NCBI GenBank assembly: GCA_963825555.1
Contig: CAWGTZ010000011.1
Span: 89,301 to 153,300, forward strand
Length of the DNA: 64,000 bases
Origin: an uncultured Alphaproteobacteria bacterium
GTDB taxonomy: Bacteria > Pseudomonadota > Alphaproteobacteria > Rhizobiales > Hyphomicrobiaceae
Direction: 5' to 3'
Under the pieces are notes generated by a model, which saw nothing but the letters and a program-made list of their open reading frames with translations, was not told where the DNA came from and did no database searches. A program made the position numbers and the translations under genes. Shown piece by piece: positions 19,817-29,840 of this stretch. Each line of letters begins with the position of its first letter. Position 1 is the first letter of the stretch.

Positions 19817-20227
19817 AGTATCCCACACTCTGATATTAGATCCGTTTTCTGATTATCAGAGTAGGTTTCTTCTTCCAATTGATCTCTTCTGAGTTGCTAA
19901 ATTTCCCCTGGGCACCGGGCTGCCATTTCCAAAGGTTGTTTGAGAACAGCCGAGAAAACTCGGGAATATTGACCGAGAGCAACGCTGCCTTTGAACTGAC
20001 AGGCCTACTGTTCTCACTTGCTGCGTTGACTTCCCGGGTCTCCGGGTTGTGCGAGCGCCTCGTTAAGAAAGGCATTCGCGATGGGCTTTGAAAGCTTGCC
20101 GTTCTAAGTTTTTTATCAAGGTCTGCACAGCTTGGCTTCCGGAAGGGGAAACAACCAGCCGGATCTTCATATCGGTCCGAAATGAGACCACAGCGATTTG
20201 CACGAGCGGGCAGAAGGAAGCGGAACT

Positions 20228-21073
20228 ATGGGCTACAGGACGATCCTTCTCCACCTCAACAGCGAGCACCGCGTCGAACCTCTGACGATGGCCGCAATCC
20301 AGATTGCAAAGTCCACCGACGCCCATGTCACGGGATTGTTCGTGGCGCCACAGGCCCCCTTTACCTCGCCACTTTTCCCGAAGATGTCGGATGTCGCCTT
20401 TCGCGAGGAACTCGAGGCCTATTGCAAGACCAGCGTTGCCGTCCAGCAGGCCTTCGAGAGCGCGACGGCCGGACAGGCAATCGCGCCTGAGTGGCGGCAG
20501 CCTGCGTCCCGATGGCCTCTCTATGCTGATACGGTGATTGCACACGCGCGAACGGCCGATCTCGTTATTGCCGGCCAGAAGGATGGCGACTGGCCCTATT
20601 CCGAGCTGTTCGACATTCCCGAATGGCTGGCCATGGAAAGCGGCCGGCCGGTTCTAATCATCCCGAAGATTGGCGTCGCGCGCCCCCTTGCGAGCCGGAT
20701 CTTGATTGGATGGAATAATAGCCGCGAGGCGGCAAAGGCAGTCTTCGATGCCTTGCCACTTCTCGTGCGCGCCGAAGCCGTACACATCGTCAGCATCCGG
20801 GAGGCGGACACCCCTGCCACCTCGCGCGATATTCCTGCAGCCGAGATCGCCGCGACACTGGCACGTCACGACGTAAACGTTATCGCCGAAAATTTGGTCC
20901 GCGAAAGCGCGCTCGATCCAGCGCAACAACTGATGGCCGAAGCAGATCGGCTTAAAGCGGATCTGATCGTCATGGGATGCTACGGAAAATCCCGCATCCG
21001 CGAGTTCATTCTAGGAGGTGCAACACAACACGCTCTCCAGCATGCCACCATCCCGGTCCTGATGGCACACTGA
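20228..21073 (+). CDS. Universal stress protein, tandem USP domains
   Basis: MGYRTILLHLN..., ADLVIAG..., RPVLIIP..., and in the second domain ADLIVMGCYGKSRIREFILGGATQHALQHATIPVLMAH. All are typical UspA-family motifs. Confidence 0.85.
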   Translation: MGYRTILLHLNSEHRVEPLTMAAIQIAKSTDAHVTGLFVAPQAPFTSPLFPKMSDVAFREELEAYCKTSVAVQQAFESATAGQAIAPEWRQPASRWPLYADTVIAHARTADLVIAGQKDGDWPYSELFDIPEWLAMESGRPVLIIPKIGVARPLASRILIGWNNSREAAKAVFDALPLLVRAEAVHIVSIREADTPATSRDIPAAEIAATLARHDVNVIAENLVRESALDPAQQLMAEADRLKADLIVMGCYGKSRIREFILGGATQHALQHATIPVLMAH

Positions 21074-21113
21074 GCTGACGGGTACAGGCTAGGGCTAAAG
21101 CCTTGCAAGGGGC

Positions 21114-21872
21114 TCAGGCCGGAATTTTCAAGACACCGACCATAACGCTCACACCTGTGTTGAACAGGATATGACATAGAATAGGGATTCTCAGGCTTCC
21201 CGTCCGTACAAGCAGCCCGCTAAGCAGAAGCCCAGCCGAAAAGAGCTGGAGCTGGGCAAGGAGCGTGCGATCCACATGCAAAAATGTCCACGCCGCTGAG
21301 GTGATGAGAGCTGCGCCAGCGAACCCAATGCGCGATTTAGAAAGAGCGCCAAACAGAAACCCACGGAAAAGAAATTCCTCCGCGACCGGTGCCAGGATGC
21401 AAAAGATGGGTGGCATCAACCAGCTGCGCTCGCGCTCCATCAGGTCCCGGTAGGGCAGAAAGTCTTCCACCACTCCCTCGGGAATGAAGAGAAGCAGGAT
21501 GCCAAACCAAAAGGCCGTCGCCGTGATCGCGATCAGCACGGAGCGGACATACGACCGGCCCCCCTCTATCGGCGCCGTGAGGGCCAACACTTCCCAGGCG
21601 CGCGCTTTGAAGCGTCGGGCGGCAAGAATGGTGAACGCGGCCATCGCGACATTGAAAACCGCCACGTAGATGGCTTCATACGTCATCAGCTGGCGCTCGA
21701 TCAGGCCGGGAGAGAACGCACCAGGCGCACCCAACCCCACAAACCAAGCGTAAATGCGTGCAGCGGCATGGCCGACCAGCGGAGACAGGACCACTATAGC
21801 AAGCGTGACGCCAGCCGCAGGCAGCACTTTCCATTGCGTTTTCGGTTGATAGACTGCGTTTACAAACATCAA
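21114..21872 (-). CDS. CPBP family intramembrane glutamic endopeptidase (CAAX protease-like)
   Basis: Polytopic membrane protein with APVAEEFLFRGFLFG, FLH and CHILFN motifs. Confidence 0.8.
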   Translation of the reverse strand: MMFVNAVYQPKTQWKVLPAAGVTLAIVVLSPLVGHAAARIYAWFVGLGAPGAFSPGLIERQLMTYEAIYVAVFNVAMAAFTILAARRFKARAWEVLALTAPIEGGRSYVRSVLIAITATAFWFGILLLFIPEGVVEDFLPYRDLMERERSWLMPPIFCILAPVAEEFLFRGFLFGALSKSRIGFAGAALITSAAWTFLHVDRTLLAQLQLFSAGLLLSGLLVRTGSLRIPILCHILFNTGVSVMVGVLKIPA

Positions 21873-22138
21873 GGTGCGACACCTTCATGCCACCGAAGAC
21901 GGCTGTAGGGTCCACGCGCGGCGTATCGGATACAATCCGTTCCGGCGTCCTGCCGCTCAACCAAACCGTATGTCTCCATCGGCCAGACAACGCCGGCACG
22001 GAAACACGGCCCAACTCCAAAAGCTACTGATGGCGGCTTTTCCGTTTTCCAGCTGCTTTTGATACCTCGCAAGGCGCCTCCCGCCAGACTGTGCCATGGG
22101 AAACCCAAGCAAGAACAGCCGTAGAGGAGACAACGCCG

Positions 22139-22597
22139 ATGACACTTCCCGCGACCCTCTCCCACACCGTTCAGCAGTGCCAGGAATGGCTGAAGGAACT
22201 GCGCGATAACGGTGATCTGGCGAACACGACTGAAGCCCTGGCGGTACTGCGTATCGTCCTGCATCACTTGCGTGATCGGCTTACGCTGCAGGAGGGCGTC
22301 GACTTGGGTGCGCAATTGCCCATCATCGTGCGGGGGATCTACTACGAGGGCTGGCAACCGCAAAAAGTACCGCACAAGGTACATACTCTTCAGAAGTTTA
22401 TCGACGAGGTGACTATCGCGCTACTGCCACGCACCGTACCAGCCGAGCGCGCGATCAGGGACGTGTTTGCCATTCTGGCCCATCACTGCGATCCGGGCGA
22501 GATCTCCGACGTCATCGCACAGATGCCCGTCGAACTGAAGGACCTCTGGCCGAAAACGGCGCAAAGCTTCCGCGAACGGACGCGACCATCAAGTTAA
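22139..22597 (+). CDS. DUF2267 domain protein
   Basis: Two-repeat helical protein (WLKELRD...ALAVLRIVLHHLRDRLT...LPIIVRGIYYEGW) typical of DUF2267. ATG 22139 is preceded by GAGGAG. Confidence 0.65.
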   Translation: MTLPATLSHTVQQCQEWLKELRDNGDLANTTEALAVLRIVLHHLRDRLTLQEGVDLGAQLPIIVRGIYYEGWQPQKVPHKVHTLQKFIDEVTIALLPRTVPAERAIRDVFAILAHHCDPGEISDVIAQMPVELKDLWPKTAQSFRERTRPSS

Positions 22598-22629
22598 GGC
22601 AGCTGTCCACCTCCGTACTGACCAGCGCA

Positions 22630-23685
22630 CTACACTTGGATCTTACCGTCCTTCGAGAGAAGGACGGCGATCCACCGCCAGCTGGGAATGTGTGCGCAGA
22701 CAATCATAACGAGAACCAGGATCGGAACGCTGAGAAACATGCCGACAATGCCCCAGATCGTTCCCCAGAAGGCGAGACCGAGAATGATCGCGAATGGGCT
22801 CATGTTGAGCGTGTTGCCCATCAGGATAGGCTCCAGAATGCTTCCCATCGCGACCTGCATGGCGGTAAGCCCCAGGATCAGAGTGAAAAACGGTGTCAAC
22901 GTATCGAATTGCACGAGCGCGATAAGCGCCGGAAATGTAACCGCCAAGATCGCCCCGATGTTCGGAATGAAGTTCAATACGAACACCAGGATCGCCCAGG
23001 TCTCGGCGAAGTCTACCCCGATCCAGCGCAATACCCCGTACGACAAAACGGCCGTAACGAGGCTGACGAGCGTTTTGATCCAAATGTATCGGCGGATGCT
23101 ATCCGAGATATTGGCCAACAGTGCTGACGTCCTTCTCGCTTCCTCTTCGTTGGGCGACATGGCTGCCACCTTCGCACCAAGGTACTCCCCCTCCGCCAGG
23201 AGAAAGCCGACATAAGCCACAACCAGAAGCAGGCTCACCATGAATGACTGAGCGGAGAACAAAAGCGAGGGAATCCGACGGGTGAGGTCGATCTCGGTCA
23301 GGATCGTGCGAACCTTCTCCGAGCCTGCCGGTCCGATCCACTGCGTGAGCTGGCCGATTATCGCTTCTAGCCGGCTGACATAGCGCGGCCATGCTGCCTG
23401 GATGGCATCCGCCTGTCCCAGAAGAACAGAGACGACCAAATAAAGGCTCAGCGCCACAACTGCGATCCCGAACAGAGTTGCAATAGAGCGCGGCAGGCGA
23501 AGTCTTCCGATTCCGATCCGCTGGAACGATGTGATCAGGGCTTCCAGCAAATTCCAGAGCAGAATGGCTATCGCTAACGGTATGAGGAACGAGCTTCCGA
23601 AGACAAGCCCGGTCACGATCACGCCAATGGCGATAATCGCAAGCCCCAGGCTACGGAGTCCTTCAGATCCGCCAGCTTTGATCAT
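22630..23685 (-). CDS. AI-2E family transporter (PerM/UPF0118)
   Basis: 351-aa polytopic membrane protein with the family-typical C-terminal FLSVPILV pattern. Confidence 0.75.
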   Translation of the reverse strand: MIKAGGSEGLRSLGLAIIAIGVIVTGLVFGSSFLIPLAIAILLWNLLEALITSFQRIGIGRLRLPRSIATLFGIAVVALSLYLVVSVLLGQADAIQAAWPRYVSRLEAIIGQLTQWIGPAGSEKVRTILTEIDLTRRIPSLLFSAQSFMVSLLLVVAYVGFLLAEGEYLGAKVAAMSPNEEEARRTSALLANISDSIRRYIWIKTLVSLVTAVLSYGVLRWIGVDFAETWAILVFVLNFIPNIGAILAVTFPALIALVQFDTLTPFFTLILGLTAMQVAMGSILEPILMGNTLNMSPFAIILGLAFWGTIWGIVGMFLSVPILVLVMIVCAHIPSWRWIAVLLSKDGKIQV

Positions 23686-23816
23686 CTGATCCCCCCGGAG
23701 TCCTCAATGCTAATGCTTTCACATTGGCGTGACGGTCACCTTCCATGCTCTAGTTCAAACTATAGCCCGTCTCAGTCTTGGCGCGCAGTACCCAACCCTG
23801 AACCTTTTGCGCAGAT

Positions 23817-24398
23817 TCAAGCTGGCTTGTCTAAATACTGCAGGGCGCTGATGGGACGCACCGTACTTGCGCTTGGGCCTTTTTCGCTTTCGCCATACTG
23901 AACGACCAATTCAACGGGGTCGCCCGCCTTCAGATCCCCGAACTTGCCGTCAACGACGCTGTTCTGATGGAAGTATATGAGGCGGTGGTCGTTCGTTGCT
24001 ATCTGCCCATACCCCTCACCGGGGTAAATTTCCGCGACGCGGCCCTGGAGCGGTGCCTCTCGCCCGCGCATCTCGCTGCGATCCTGTGTCTTCGATTTCT
24101 TGAGTTGCTGCTCCATGGCGTTGAACGCATCGCGAATGGCAACGTAAATGTCTTCGTGCGCGTTCACGTCACCCGGTCGCTTGTTGACGATGAGTTCGGT
24201 TCCCGGAATGCGGACCTCGATGCGCACCTCATAATGGTGGCCCTTGCGGCTATGCCGGTGAGGTGCATCGATGAAGACGTGGCAGCTGGTAATTCTTCCA
24301 AAGAATTTTTCCAGCTTGTGCACCCGCTCGCGCACGTGCGACTCCACCGCATCGGAGCGCTCCATGCCTGTGAAATTGATTTCAAGTGGGGTCTGCAT
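23817..24398 (-). CDS. HPF/RaiA-family ribosome-associated factor fused to a C-terminal cold-shock-like (S1/CSD) domain
   Basis: N-terminal ~100 aa: MQTPLEINFTGMERSDAVESHVRERVHKLEKFF...YVAIRDAFNAMEQQL (S30AE/HPF fold). C-terminal ~70 aa: GRVAEIYPGEGYGQIATNDHRLIYFHQNSVVDGKFGDLKAGDPVELV (CSD-like). Confidence 0.75.
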   Translation of the reverse strand: MQTPLEINFTGMERSDAVESHVRERVHKLEKFFGRITSCHVFIDAPHRHSRKGHHYEVRIEVRIPGTELIVNKRPGDVNAHEDIYVAIRDAFNAMEQQLKKSKTQDRSEMRGREAPLQGRVAEIYPGEGYGQIATNDHRLIYFHQNSVVDGKFGDLKAGDPVELVVQYGESEKGPSASTVRPISALQYLDKPA

Positions 24399-24606
24399 GG
24401 CTTTTACCTCGCACTAATGTTCGTCGCCGGCGGCCCTCGTCTTCGGCATCTTCCGACAGCAGGAAATTCTTGTGTTCATTCGGCCGTCTGAATACCGTCG
24501 CACGTTGCCTGAGCAGCGGAAGGATCAGAAGCCGTGGCGAAAGAAAGATCGGGATCAACTGCTGCAAATGGTATGCGCACATTGGGCGCCGCGCGCGGGA
24601 TCGGTG

Positions 24607-24620
24607 TTGATCCGGGTCAA
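24607..24620. promoter_or_regulatory. FNR/FixK-type box TTGATCCGGGTCAA between the divergent hpf-CSD and SLC13 genes
   Basis: Perfect TTGA-N6-TCAA palindrome in the 245-nt divergent intergenic region. Confidence 0.5.
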
Positions 24621-24643
24621 ACGAGGGGCTTGCCTCCCATTAA

Positions 24644-26518
24644 ATGGCGACACTTACTTCTCCGGCAAGCCTGCGCATGACTTATGATCAAATCGCCATA
24701 CTGAGCATTCTCGCAGCAACCGTCGCTCTCTTCATCTGGGGCCGCTGGCGCCACGACATCGTGGCGCTGACGTCGCTCATGAGCGCCGTCGCCCTGGGCC
24801 TCGTTCCAAGCAATGAAGCCTTTGCCGGGTTCGGCCATCCCGCAGTCATCACGGTTGCTTGCGTCCTCGTCCTCAGCAGCGCCCTGCAGTCAACCGGCGC
24901 GATAGATCTCTTGGCCCGCAAGATGTTGCCCAATGCCGCTGGTCCGACGGCATCGATTGCCTCCATGACCTGTCTGGCAGCGCTGCTTTCCGCTTTCATG
25001 AACAATGTGGGCGCGCTTGCTCTCTTGATGCCTGTTGGGCTTCAGCTTGCCTCACGATTATCCCTCCCACCCGGCAAGGTGCTAATGCCACTGGCCTTCG
25101 GGTCGATCCTCGGCGGAATGTCCACCTTGATCGGAACGCCACCGAACCTCATCGTTTCCAGTTTTCGAGACCAGACAACCGGTCAAAGCTTCGCCATGTT
25201 CGATTTCTCGCCGGTCGGCGTACCGGTGGCTCTCGCCGGTCTCGCATTTCTGGTGGCTATCGGCTGGCGTATTGTTCCCACGCGGCGGCCAGAGGGCAAG
25301 GATACGTTCGAAACAGGAGCCTATCTGACCGAAGCCCGTGTGCCCGAGAAATCAAAGTCCGCCGGAAAGACGCTACGCGAAATCGAAACTGCTATGGAGC
25401 AAGCGGATGCCCAGGTCATCGGTCTCGTGCGCAACGATATGCAGATCCCCGCTCCCAGTCCCTTCCGGGAAGTGAGGGCCGGCGACATCCTCATCATAGA
25501 GGCCGAACCGGAAGCGCTCGCCGAAGCCCTCTCCAGTCTTGATCTGAAACTGGAGGAGACCCTGCATACGAAGCCCAATGACCAAGAAGGGGCCGACCGC
25601 TCCACTGAAGGGGCGGACAACGACCGCCAAGCCGGTTCTCGCTCAGTTCTGCAGTCCGAGGATGTCACGTTGATGGAATTGGCGGTCCGGCCTCACGGCC
25701 AACTGGTCGGACGTTCAGCCCGTGAAATTCGCCTACGCAACCGCTATGGCATCAATCTTCTGGCCGTCTCACGTAAAGGTCGGCGTTCGGTTGTTCGGCT
25801 CAAGGCCCTGGCGATCGAAGAAGGCGATGTGCTGCTGATGCAGGGATCGCCGGAATCCATCCGCGAATTCGCCAGTCATTATGGATGTGTTCCCCTCGCA
25901 GAACGGCCGCTCAGGGTTCCCGATGCGAGCAAAGCACTAACCGCATCGGCCATTATGGCGGCCGCCATCTGCGGGGCGGCATTCGGATTGGTGCCCGCTG
26001 CGATCGCCTTCGCTTCGGCCGTGCTGGCATCGGTTCTATTGCGAGTTGTTCCGGTACGCCAGATGTACGACGCGATAGACTGGTCCATCATCGTTCTGCT
26101 CGGTGGCCTAATTCCCGTCGCCGGTGCCATGGCTTCGACCGGCGCCGCCGATCTGCTGGCAAAGTCTCTCCTGGGCAACGTCGCCCAAGGCAACATCGTA
26201 ATCGCGCTTGCGGTCGTCCTCGTCATAACGATGACGCTATCCGATTTCATGAACAACGCGGCGACGGCAGCCATGATGTGCCCGATCGCCATTGGCATCG
26301 CGACCCAACTCGACAGTAATCCGGAACCCTTCCTGATGGCAGTCGCGGTGGCGGCATCGTGCGCCTTTCTCACCCCGATCGGCCATCAGAACAACACCCT
26401 CATCCTGGGTCCTGGTGGCTTTAAATTCGGTGATTACTGGAAGCTCGGCCTACCCCTCGAGATTGTCGTGATCACTGTCAGCATCCCGTTGATCCTCTGG
26501 GTTTGGCCTCCGCAATAG
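24644..26518 (+). CDS. SLC13/DASS-family permease with two central TrkA-C (RCK_C) domains
   Basis: N- and C-terminal transporter halves flank two TrkA-C-like repeats (AGKTLREI...GDILIIEA; VGRSAREI...GDVLLMQG). If the box at 24607 drives this gene, the real start is probably ATG 24677 (MTYDQIAIL, which matches the paralog's MTLDQIFVL). Confidence 0.8.
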   Translation: MATLTSPASLRMTYDQIAILSILAATVALFIWGRWRHDIVALTSLMSAVALGLVPSNEAFAGFGHPAVITVACVLVLSSALQSTGAIDLLARKMLPNAAGPTASIASMTCLAALLSAFMNNVGALALLMPVGLQLASRLSLPPGKVLMPLAFGSILGGMSTLIGTPPNLIVSSFRDQTTGQSFAMFDFSPVGVPVALAGLAFLVAIGWRIVPTRRPEGKDTFETGAYLTEARVPEKSKSAGKTLREIETAMEQADAQVIGLVRNDMQIPAPSPFREVRAGDILIIEAEPEALAEALSSLDLKLEETLHTKPNDQEGADRSTEGADNDRQAGSRSVLQSEDVTLMELAVRPHGQLVGRSAREIRLRNRYGINLLAVSRKGRRSVVRLKALAIEEGDVLLMQGSPESIREFASHYGCVPLAERPLRVPDASKALTASAIMAAAICGAAFGLVPAAIAFASAVLASVLLRVVPVRQMYDAIDWSIIVLLGGLIPVAGAMASTGAADLLAKSLLGNVAQGNIVIALAVVLVITMTLSDFMNNAATAAMMCPIAIGIATQLDSNPEPFLMAVAVAASCAFLTPIGHQNNTLILGPGGFKFGDYWKLGLPLEIVVITVSIPLILWVWPPQ

Positions 26519-26594
26519 AAAATGGCGCAAGCGTCATGGGATTCATGGGCGCAATTTGATCCTTGAGGGGCTGGATACGGCCTGAAATTTTTGA

Positions 26595-29500
26595 CTAGCT
26601 CCCGGAGCGGGAGCCACCCATGAGTTCGTCGCTCGGTTTCCCGGTCAACAACGTCTTGTAAGCCGCAAGAACGTGTTTCAGGTCCTGCCCTATCCCCACC
26701 AGTGCGGGAAGCAGGAACAGCAGCAAGAGCGTCGCGAAGCCGAGTCCCCACGTGAGCGTAATCGCGATAGGTATGAGAAACTGCGCCTGGAGGCTCTTCT
26801 CGAACATCAGAGGGGACATGCCGCCGATCGTGGTGAGGGTCGTAAGAAGCAGTGCCCGGAAGCGGTCCACGGCGGCTCCCTGCGCCGCCTCCTCAAGTGG
26901 TTCGCCATCGCTCATGCGTTCGTTCATGCGATCGACCATGACAATAGCGCCGTTGACCATGATTCCTGCAAGGCCGAGCAGCCCAACCAGGGAAAAGAGC
27001 GCCAGATTGAAGCCCATGGCGTAGTGACCGACGACCATCCCAATGAAGCCGAAGGGAATGATCGTCATCACGAGGAGCGGCTGCAGCCAGCGCTGGAAGA
27101 CGAACACCAGAATGAAATAGATAAGGACAAGCGCCAGAATGGCTCCGATGCGCAGATCGGCGAAGGTTTCGCGCTGTGTTTCGGCTCGGCCCTCGAACGA
27201 ATACGTGATGCCGTACTTCGCTTCGAGTGCAGGGAGAGGACCTGCCCGCAGCGAGTCAAGAACCTCATCCGCCGTCGTCGTGGCACTATCCACGTTTGCC
27301 TGGACACTGACAGCAAGCTTGCCATCAAAACGTTGGACCACCGAGAAGGCCTGTTTCTCAACCACGCGTACGACCTCGGAGAGATTGACGTTGCCGCCTG
27401 AGGGTGTTCTCAGGTTCAAGGTCGCCAAGCCTTCGAGCCCGCGATCACGATCGGCTTCGGCTGCGCGAACGCGGATCGTCACCTCCTCATCGATACGCGC
27501 AAAACGCACCGCGATGGCGCCCTGGTAGGCCGCCCGCACCTGACGGGCCACGGACTCAGTCGTAAATCCCAGGGCTTGCCCGCGTGGGGTCAACTCCAGA
27601 ATGACTTCGGCCTTTCCAAACGGCAGATCATCATCGAGCCCTATCAGCCCGCTGTATCCGGCGAGCTTCTCGCGCAAATCGAGTGCAGCCCGCTTCAGCT
27701 GATCGAGGTTGGCCCCAGTGAGGCGCACATCGATATCAAAGCCCGGCGGCCCCACGCGGCGGCCCAGGATCGCCATGCCGTCGATGCCCACAATGGAGGG
27801 TAGCGTCTTCTGCCATGCAGCAATGAAGTCCCGGGTCCTAACGCTGCGTTCCTCTCCCGGCGTCAGCTCGATCTCGACCTGGGCGAGGTTCTCTCCCCGA
27901 TTGTTGTTCATCTGACCAAGGGTCACGTAGCTCATCATGATAAGTTTCTCGCCCGCGCCTTCGGCATCATCTCCAGTAGCGGGCGTGCGACCCGAGGAAA
28001 GAAGCATACGCTCGGTCTCCATCGCGCTCGCCTCGATGCGGGATAGGGCCTCGATGCGCCGCTCTTCCGGAAGCCCCGGCGTGAACGTGATATTGGCATA
28101 GACGGTTTCGGGTTCAGGAACGGGAAAGAACGTGAATGAAACCCGCCCGCCCGCAAGCAGCCCCACCGCAGCTATCAATGCCGCGACTGATGCAGCAGCG
28201 GTGACGTAGCGCCAGCGAAACGCCAGTCCTATCAACCAGGCGACAGGACCCTTGCGAAGCCTGTCGAGACCGCGATCGAACCATCGACGGGCAGATAAGC
28301 TGAGCTGACCAAATCGCGATGTTTGGCGGCCGGCTCGGCGGGCCGCTCCTGCAAGCGAGTGCATGAGATGCGACGGGAGCGTCAGGAAGCATTCGATCAA
28401 CGAGGCCAGCAGCGAGACAATGACCACCATGGGGATTGCCGCCAGAATCTGGCCAATGACACCCGTGATGAGAAGCATGGGTAGAAAGGCCGCTTGCGTC
28501 GTCGTGGTCGAAGCAATGACCGGTAAAACCATACGCGTCGCCGCATCAGCCGCCGCCTCGCGCGGTGGAAACCCGCGCTCACTTCGCGTAACGGCCTCCT
28601 CGGCGACGACAATCGCGTCGTCCACAATGATGCCCAGAACGAGGATCAAGGCCACAAGAGAGACCGCGTTGATGGTCTGGCCCGTCGCGAGCATGAAGGC
28701 GAATGTCGCTAAAAGTGCGATGGGCACACCGATCGCCACCCAGAATGCGACCCGCGCGCTCAGGAAAACGAGAAGAACCAGGACAACCAGCGCAAAACCC
28801 TGCAATGCATTCGTCGACAGCATCCGGATACGCTGATCGACGATTTTGGCGCGAATGTCGAAGGGCTGGATATTCAAGGTCGGCGGCGCCTGCGCCTTGA
28901 AAGCATCGACGGTGTCTAGCAACGCCCGCATGGACTGGAGCGTGTCGCCGCTGACTGCGCGCTGCACAGTGAGAATGATGGCCTGTTCCCCATTGCGGAA
29001 TTGGCGGATCGAATTCTCTTCGTAGGCCTCCTTGACGATCGCCACATCACGCACAAGAATTTTTTGGCCGTTCTCAAAAGCCCTGAGTTCAATGGAGGAA
29101 ACGCCGTCTGCCGTTACCTGACGGCCCAGCGCGCGTAGCTGTTTTTCCGTGTCGCCTTCCAGATTGCCGAGAGGAATGTTCTGATTGATCACGCCGATCC
29201 GGTCAGCAATGTCCTGCCCGGTGAGATCAAGTTGCTGCATGAGCGCGGATGGGATCTCCACCCAGATCTCCTGGTTCCGCTTACCTCCAAGGTTCACCCG
29301 GTCGATGCCCGCATCGAGAAGCTTGTCGCGCAGCTGCTTGGCAGCGTCTTGCAGCACGCCTTCCTCAAACGGCCCCGAGATCGCCACCAGACCCACGGTT
29401 TCATAAAGCTGCACGCGCGTGATGACCGGCCGCTCGATGTCCTGGGGAAGCGTTCGGATCGTCGACATGTTGCTCTCCACGTCGGAGAGCGCCTTCTGCA

Positions 29501-29834
29501 TGTCTGCTCCTTCTTTAAACTCGAGCGTGATGCGCACGAGCCCTTCGACCGCATAGGAGTTGACCTTGTCGATCCCGTCGATGAAGCGGATCTCGGGCTC
29601 GACGAGGTCAAGAATACCCTCCGATATCTCCTCTGCACTTGCGCCCGGCCAGATGATGCTGATGCTGATAGTCGGAATCTCGGTCGTCGGGAAAAACTGC
29701 GTATTCATGCGCGTCAGCGCCACGAGACCCGCTATCGACATGATTATGGCAATAAGGTTCGGCGCGACGCGATGATTGATGAAGGCCCGGATAAGGGCGT
29801 TCAGAAGGTTGAGGTCTGGAGTGTCCTTCGCCAT
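26595..29834 (-). CDS. RND efflux permease (AcrB/AcrD/AcrF superfamily)
   Basis: 1079-aa ORF with 12-TM RND architecture and large periplasmic loops. Confidence 0.85.
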   Translation of the reverse strand: MAKDTPDLNLLNALIRAFINHRVAPNLIAIIMSIAGLVALTRMNTQFFPTTEIPTISISIIWPGASAEEISEGILDLVEPEIRFIDGIDKVNSYAVEGLVRITLEFKEGADMQKALSDVESNMSTIRTLPQDIERPVITRVQLYETVGLVAISGPFEEGVLQDAAKQLRDKLLDAGIDRVNLGGKRNQEIWVEIPSALMQQLDLTGQDIADRIGVINQNIPLGNLEGDTEKQLRALGRQVTADGVSSIELRAFENGQKILVRDVAIVKEAYEENSIRQFRNGEQAIILTVQRAVSGDTLQSMRALLDTVDAFKAQAPPTLNIQPFDIRAKIVDQRIRMLSTNALQGFALVVLVLLVFLSARVAFWVAIGVPIALLATFAFMLATGQTINAVSLVALILVLGIIVDDAIVVAEEAVTRSERGFPPREAAADAATRMVLPVIASTTTTQAAFLPMLLITGVIGQILAAIPMVVIVSLLASLIECFLTLPSHLMHSLAGAARRAGRQTSRFGQLSLSARRWFDRGLDRLRKGPVAWLIGLAFRWRYVTAAASVAALIAAVGLLAGGRVSFTFFPVPEPETVYANITFTPGLPEERRIEALSRIEASAMETERMLLSSGRTPATGDDAEGAGEKLIMMSYVTLGQMNNNRGENLAQVEIELTPGEERSVRTRDFIAAWQKTLPSIVGIDGMAILGRRVGPPGFDIDVRLTGANLDQLKRAALDLREKLAGYSGLIGLDDDLPFGKAEVILELTPRGQALGFTTESVARQVRAAYQGAIAVRFARIDEEVTIRVRAAEADRDRGLEGLATLNLRTPSGGNVNLSEVVRVVEKQAFSVVQRFDGKLAVSVQANVDSATTTADEVLDSLRAGPLPALEAKYGITYSFEGRAETQRETFADLRIGAILALVLIYFILVFVFQRWLQPLLVMTIIPFGFIGMVVGHYAMGFNLALFSLVGLLGLAGIMVNGAIVMVDRMNERMSDGEPLEEAAQGAAVDRFRALLLTTLTTIGGMSPLMFEKSLQAQFLIPIAITLTWGLGFATLLLLFLLPALVGIGQDLKHVLAAYKTLLTGKPSDELMGGSRSGS

Positions 29835-29840
29835 CGCACG

